A stretch of 63,666 nt of DNA, counting the filler, from Licmophora abbreviata (taxonomy: Eukaryota), in NCBI GenBank assembly GCA_900291995.1. It is 22 parts of 22 records of this genome, joined end to end, with 100 filler letters (N's around TTAATTAATTAA, not from the genome) between each part and the next. Parts side by side here need not be neighbours in the genome. Positions count along the whole stretch, not along the records: positions 60,326 to 62,396 come from OLMU01005039.1; positions 62,497 to 63,666 come from OLMU01005041.1; 20 more parts are not named here. The stretch is one strand, 5' to 3'. The notes beneath the pieces were generated by a model. It saw nothing but the letters and a program-made list of their open reading frames with translations. It was not told the DNA's origin and did not search any database. The first letter of the stretch is position 1, and each line of letters starts with the position of its first letter. A program made the translations under genes and the position numbers. This document shows, piece after piece, positions 61,563 through 63,666 of the stretch.

Positions 61563-61745
61563 ATGCAAACCGCAAAGACAACGGAATATGCCCGCGCGCT
61601 TCTGTCGTCCTATGGATCGAAGGCGCCGGTGATCGCCGCCCGCAGGATGCGCGAATCGGACGAGGCCGGCGAGACGCAGGAAGCCGAAAACTGGAAGCGC
61701 ATCCGCTTGGCCATCGCCGAGATGCGCGGCCCGCACCAAAGCTGA
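61563..61745 (+). CDS. 60-aa hypothetical protein
   Basis: Strong AAGGAGGAG RBS; YARAL...G..A...AA...W..IR.AI.EMRGP. Confidence 0.7.
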   Translation: MQTAKTTEYARALLSSYGSKAPVIAARRMRESDEAGETQEAENWKRIRLAIAEMRGPHQS

Positions 61746-61813
61746 TCGCCGAGCCCGGGGCGCGGGCGCGTATCGCGCTTGCACCTGCGCGGACATGGGG
61801 CTACCCCTGCGCC

Positions 61814-62396
61814 ATGCAGATTGTCCGCGACTATGACTATGTGGATCAGGCCGACCGGGGCGCATCCGTCGCCATCGGCAATTTCGACGGCGTGCATCTG
61901 GGTCATCAATCGGTGATCGACATCGCCCGCGAGCATGCCGCGGCACTGGGCGCGCCGCTCGGGGTGCTGACCTTCGAGCCGCACCCGAGGGAATATTTCG
62001 CCCCCGATGCGCCGCCTTTCCGGCTGATGAGCCGCGAGGCACGCGCGCATCGGCTGCAGAAACTGGGGATCGAAAAGCTCTATGAGCTGAATTTCAACGC
62101 CGCGATGGCGGCGCTTTCACCTTATGAGTTCGCGCGCAACGTGATCGCGCGCGGGCTTGGGTTGCGCCATGTGGTGGTGGGCGCGGATTTCTGTTTCGGC
62201 AAGGGGCGCGCGGGCGACGCGCGCGATCTGGAGCGGTTCGGCCGCGAGATGGGGTTCGGCGTCACCATCGCCGAGCTGCTCGAGGGGCGGACCGGGCAGG
62301 TCTCGTCCACCGCGATCCGCGCCGCCCTGTCCGAAGGACGCCCGCGCGACGCCGCCGCCATGCTGGGGCACTGGCACCGGATCGACGGCCCGGTGG
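61814..62396 (+). CDS. ribF: Bifunctional riboflavin kinase/FAD synthetase (3'-truncated)
   Basis: IGNFDGVHLGH, TFEPHP, VG.DF.FG, VSSTAIR. Confidence 0.95.
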
Positions 62397-62496
62397 NNNN
62401 NNNNNNNNNNNNNNNNNNNNNNNNNNNNNNNNNNNNNNNNTTAATTAATTAANNNNNNNNNNNNNNNNNNNNNNNNNNNNNNNNNNNNNNNNNNNN

Positions 62497-62697
62497 CATC
62501 TCTACTGGATGCCCGAGACCTGCGCCTACAAGCTGCTCTATCACGGCAAGCCGCTTTACGACTGGCACCCGCTGATCTCGGGTGATCCGGACAGCGTGCA
62601 CCGCGCGGGCGTATCGGTACAGAATGCCACCATCCCCGAGTTCGAGGTCGATGAGGACGACTGGGAAGACCATCTGATCGAGGAGCCAGGCACATGA
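62497..62697 (+). CDS. YcgN-family cysteine-cluster protein, C-terminal fragment
   Basis: WMP.TCAY, L..WHPLISGD..SVH.AG.SV. Confidence 0.85.
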   Translation, partial: HLYWMPETCAYKLLYHGKPLYDWHPLISGDPDSVHRAGVSVQNATIPEFEVDEDDWEDHLIEEPGT

Positions 62698-63666
62698 CAT
62701 TCGCCTCCGACAATTGCGGCCCTGCACATCCGCGGATCATCGAGGCCCTGGCGCGCGCGAATGACGGTTATGCCGCCTCCTACGGCGCGGATGATCTGAT
62801 GGCGCAGACCCGGGCGCGCCTGCGCGAGATCTTCGAGGCCCCCGAGGCGATGGTGCATCTGGTGGCCACCGGCACTGCCGCCAATGCGCTGGCGCTGGCG
62901 ACGCTGGCGCAGCCTTGGCAGACGATCTATTGCACGCCGCTCGCGCATATCAACTGCGACGAATGCCAGGCGCCGGAATTCTACACCGGCGGCTGCAAGC
63001 TGTCGCTGGTGGGCGAGGCCGACAAGATGACCCCGGCCGCGCTGTCCGCCGCCATCGCCGAGGCTGGCCATGGCAATGTGCATACAGCCCAGCCCGGTCC
63101 GGTTTCACTCACCCAAGTGACGGAAATGGGGCAGCTTTACACGCTCGAGGAATTGCAGGCCCTGACGGGCGTGGCGGCGGCGCATGGTCTGCCGGTGCAT
63201 CTGGATGGCGCGCGCTTTGCCAATGCGCTGGTGGCGCTTGGCTGCACCCCCGCCGAGATGACATGGAAGGCCGGGATCGACGCGGTCAGCTTCGGTGGCA
63301 CCAAGAACGGCTGTCTCGGCGTCGAGGCGGTGATCGTCTTCAACCCCGCCCATTCTTGGGAATTCGAGCTGCGCCGCAAGCGTGCGGGACATCTGTTTTC
63401 CAAGCACCGGTTCCTGTCGGCGCAGATGCTGGCCTATCTCGCCGATGATCTATGGCTCGACATGGCGCGCGCCGCCAATGCACGCGCCGCGCGTCTGGCC
63501 GATGGGTTGCGCGGCCTGCCGGACTGCGCCTTCCTGGCCGAACCTCAGGCCAACATGATCTTCGCCACCCTGCCCCGCGCCACCCATCAGCGCCTGCATG
63601 CGGCGGGCGCGCCTTACGGTCTGCGCGCGGGCCAGCTTGACGGCGCGGACCCGGCAGAGCCACTGT
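62694..63666 (+). CDS. ltaE: Low-specificity L-threonine aldolase (runs off the window)
   Basis: Manual translation MTFASDN, YGAD, TGTAAN, HLDGARFANA, SFGGTKNG, KRAGHLFSK. Confidence 0.9.
   Translation, partial: MTFASDNCGPAHPRIIEALARANDGYAASYGADDLMAQTRARLREIFEAPEAMVHLVATGTAANALALATLAQPWQTIYCTPLAHINCDECQAPEFYTGGCKLSLVGEADKMTPAALSAAIAEAGHGNVHTAQPGPVSLTQVTEMGQLYTLEELQALTGVAAAHGLPVHLDGARFANALVALGCTPAEMTWKAGIDAVSFGGTKNGCLGVEAVIVFNPAHSWEFELRRKRAGHLFSKHRFLSAQMLAYLADDLWLDMARAANARAARLADGLRGLPDCAFLAEPQANMIFATLPRATHQRLHAAGAPYGLRAGQLDGADPAEPL

Noticed and set aside
6175..62496. Recurring N-TTAATTAATTAA-N blocks as a biological repeat
   Set aside because: These are identical 100-nt artificial linkers with stops in all frames; genes continue across them.

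Overview
Scaffold-style concatenation of about 22 short contigs from a high-GC alphaproteobacterium. Gene content and synteny are typical of Rhodobacteraceae/Roseobacter. The contigs are joined by 21 artificial 100-nt N-TTAATTAATTAA-N spacers, and many genes run across these gaps. Most of the window is core chromosome: pepF, rpoH, rluD, rplY-pth, trpF/trpB, ihfB-rpsA-cmk, aroA, proC, ubiK-lgt-pgeF, trxB, sat/cysC, ibpA, purEK, ribF, tRNA-Ser(GCT) and tRNA-Gly(CCC). Accessory highlights: (1) a head-only phage-like element (terL, head closure, HNH, capsid, protease, portal, Zn-finger genes, no visible tail genes) abutting the tRNA-Ser 3' end, resembling a capsid-forming satellite (cf-PICI-like); (2) a LysR-controlled ABC/aminotransferase/BKACE/GNAT/deacetylase/FAD-dehydrogenase/Rid operon whose enzyme set matches the beta-lysine/N-acetyl-beta-lysine degradation chemistry; (3) a LapG-like protease next to a Gly-rich secreted protein and a VPLPA-CTERM protein; (4) two families of intergenic palindromic repeats, including arrays of 20-nt palindromes at a ~24-nt period; (5) a lone CI/LexA-like regulator lacking the S24 catalytic residues. 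Four single-base frameshifts in short G/C runs are probably sequencing errors. All functional calls come from motif recognition by eye; no database searches were run.
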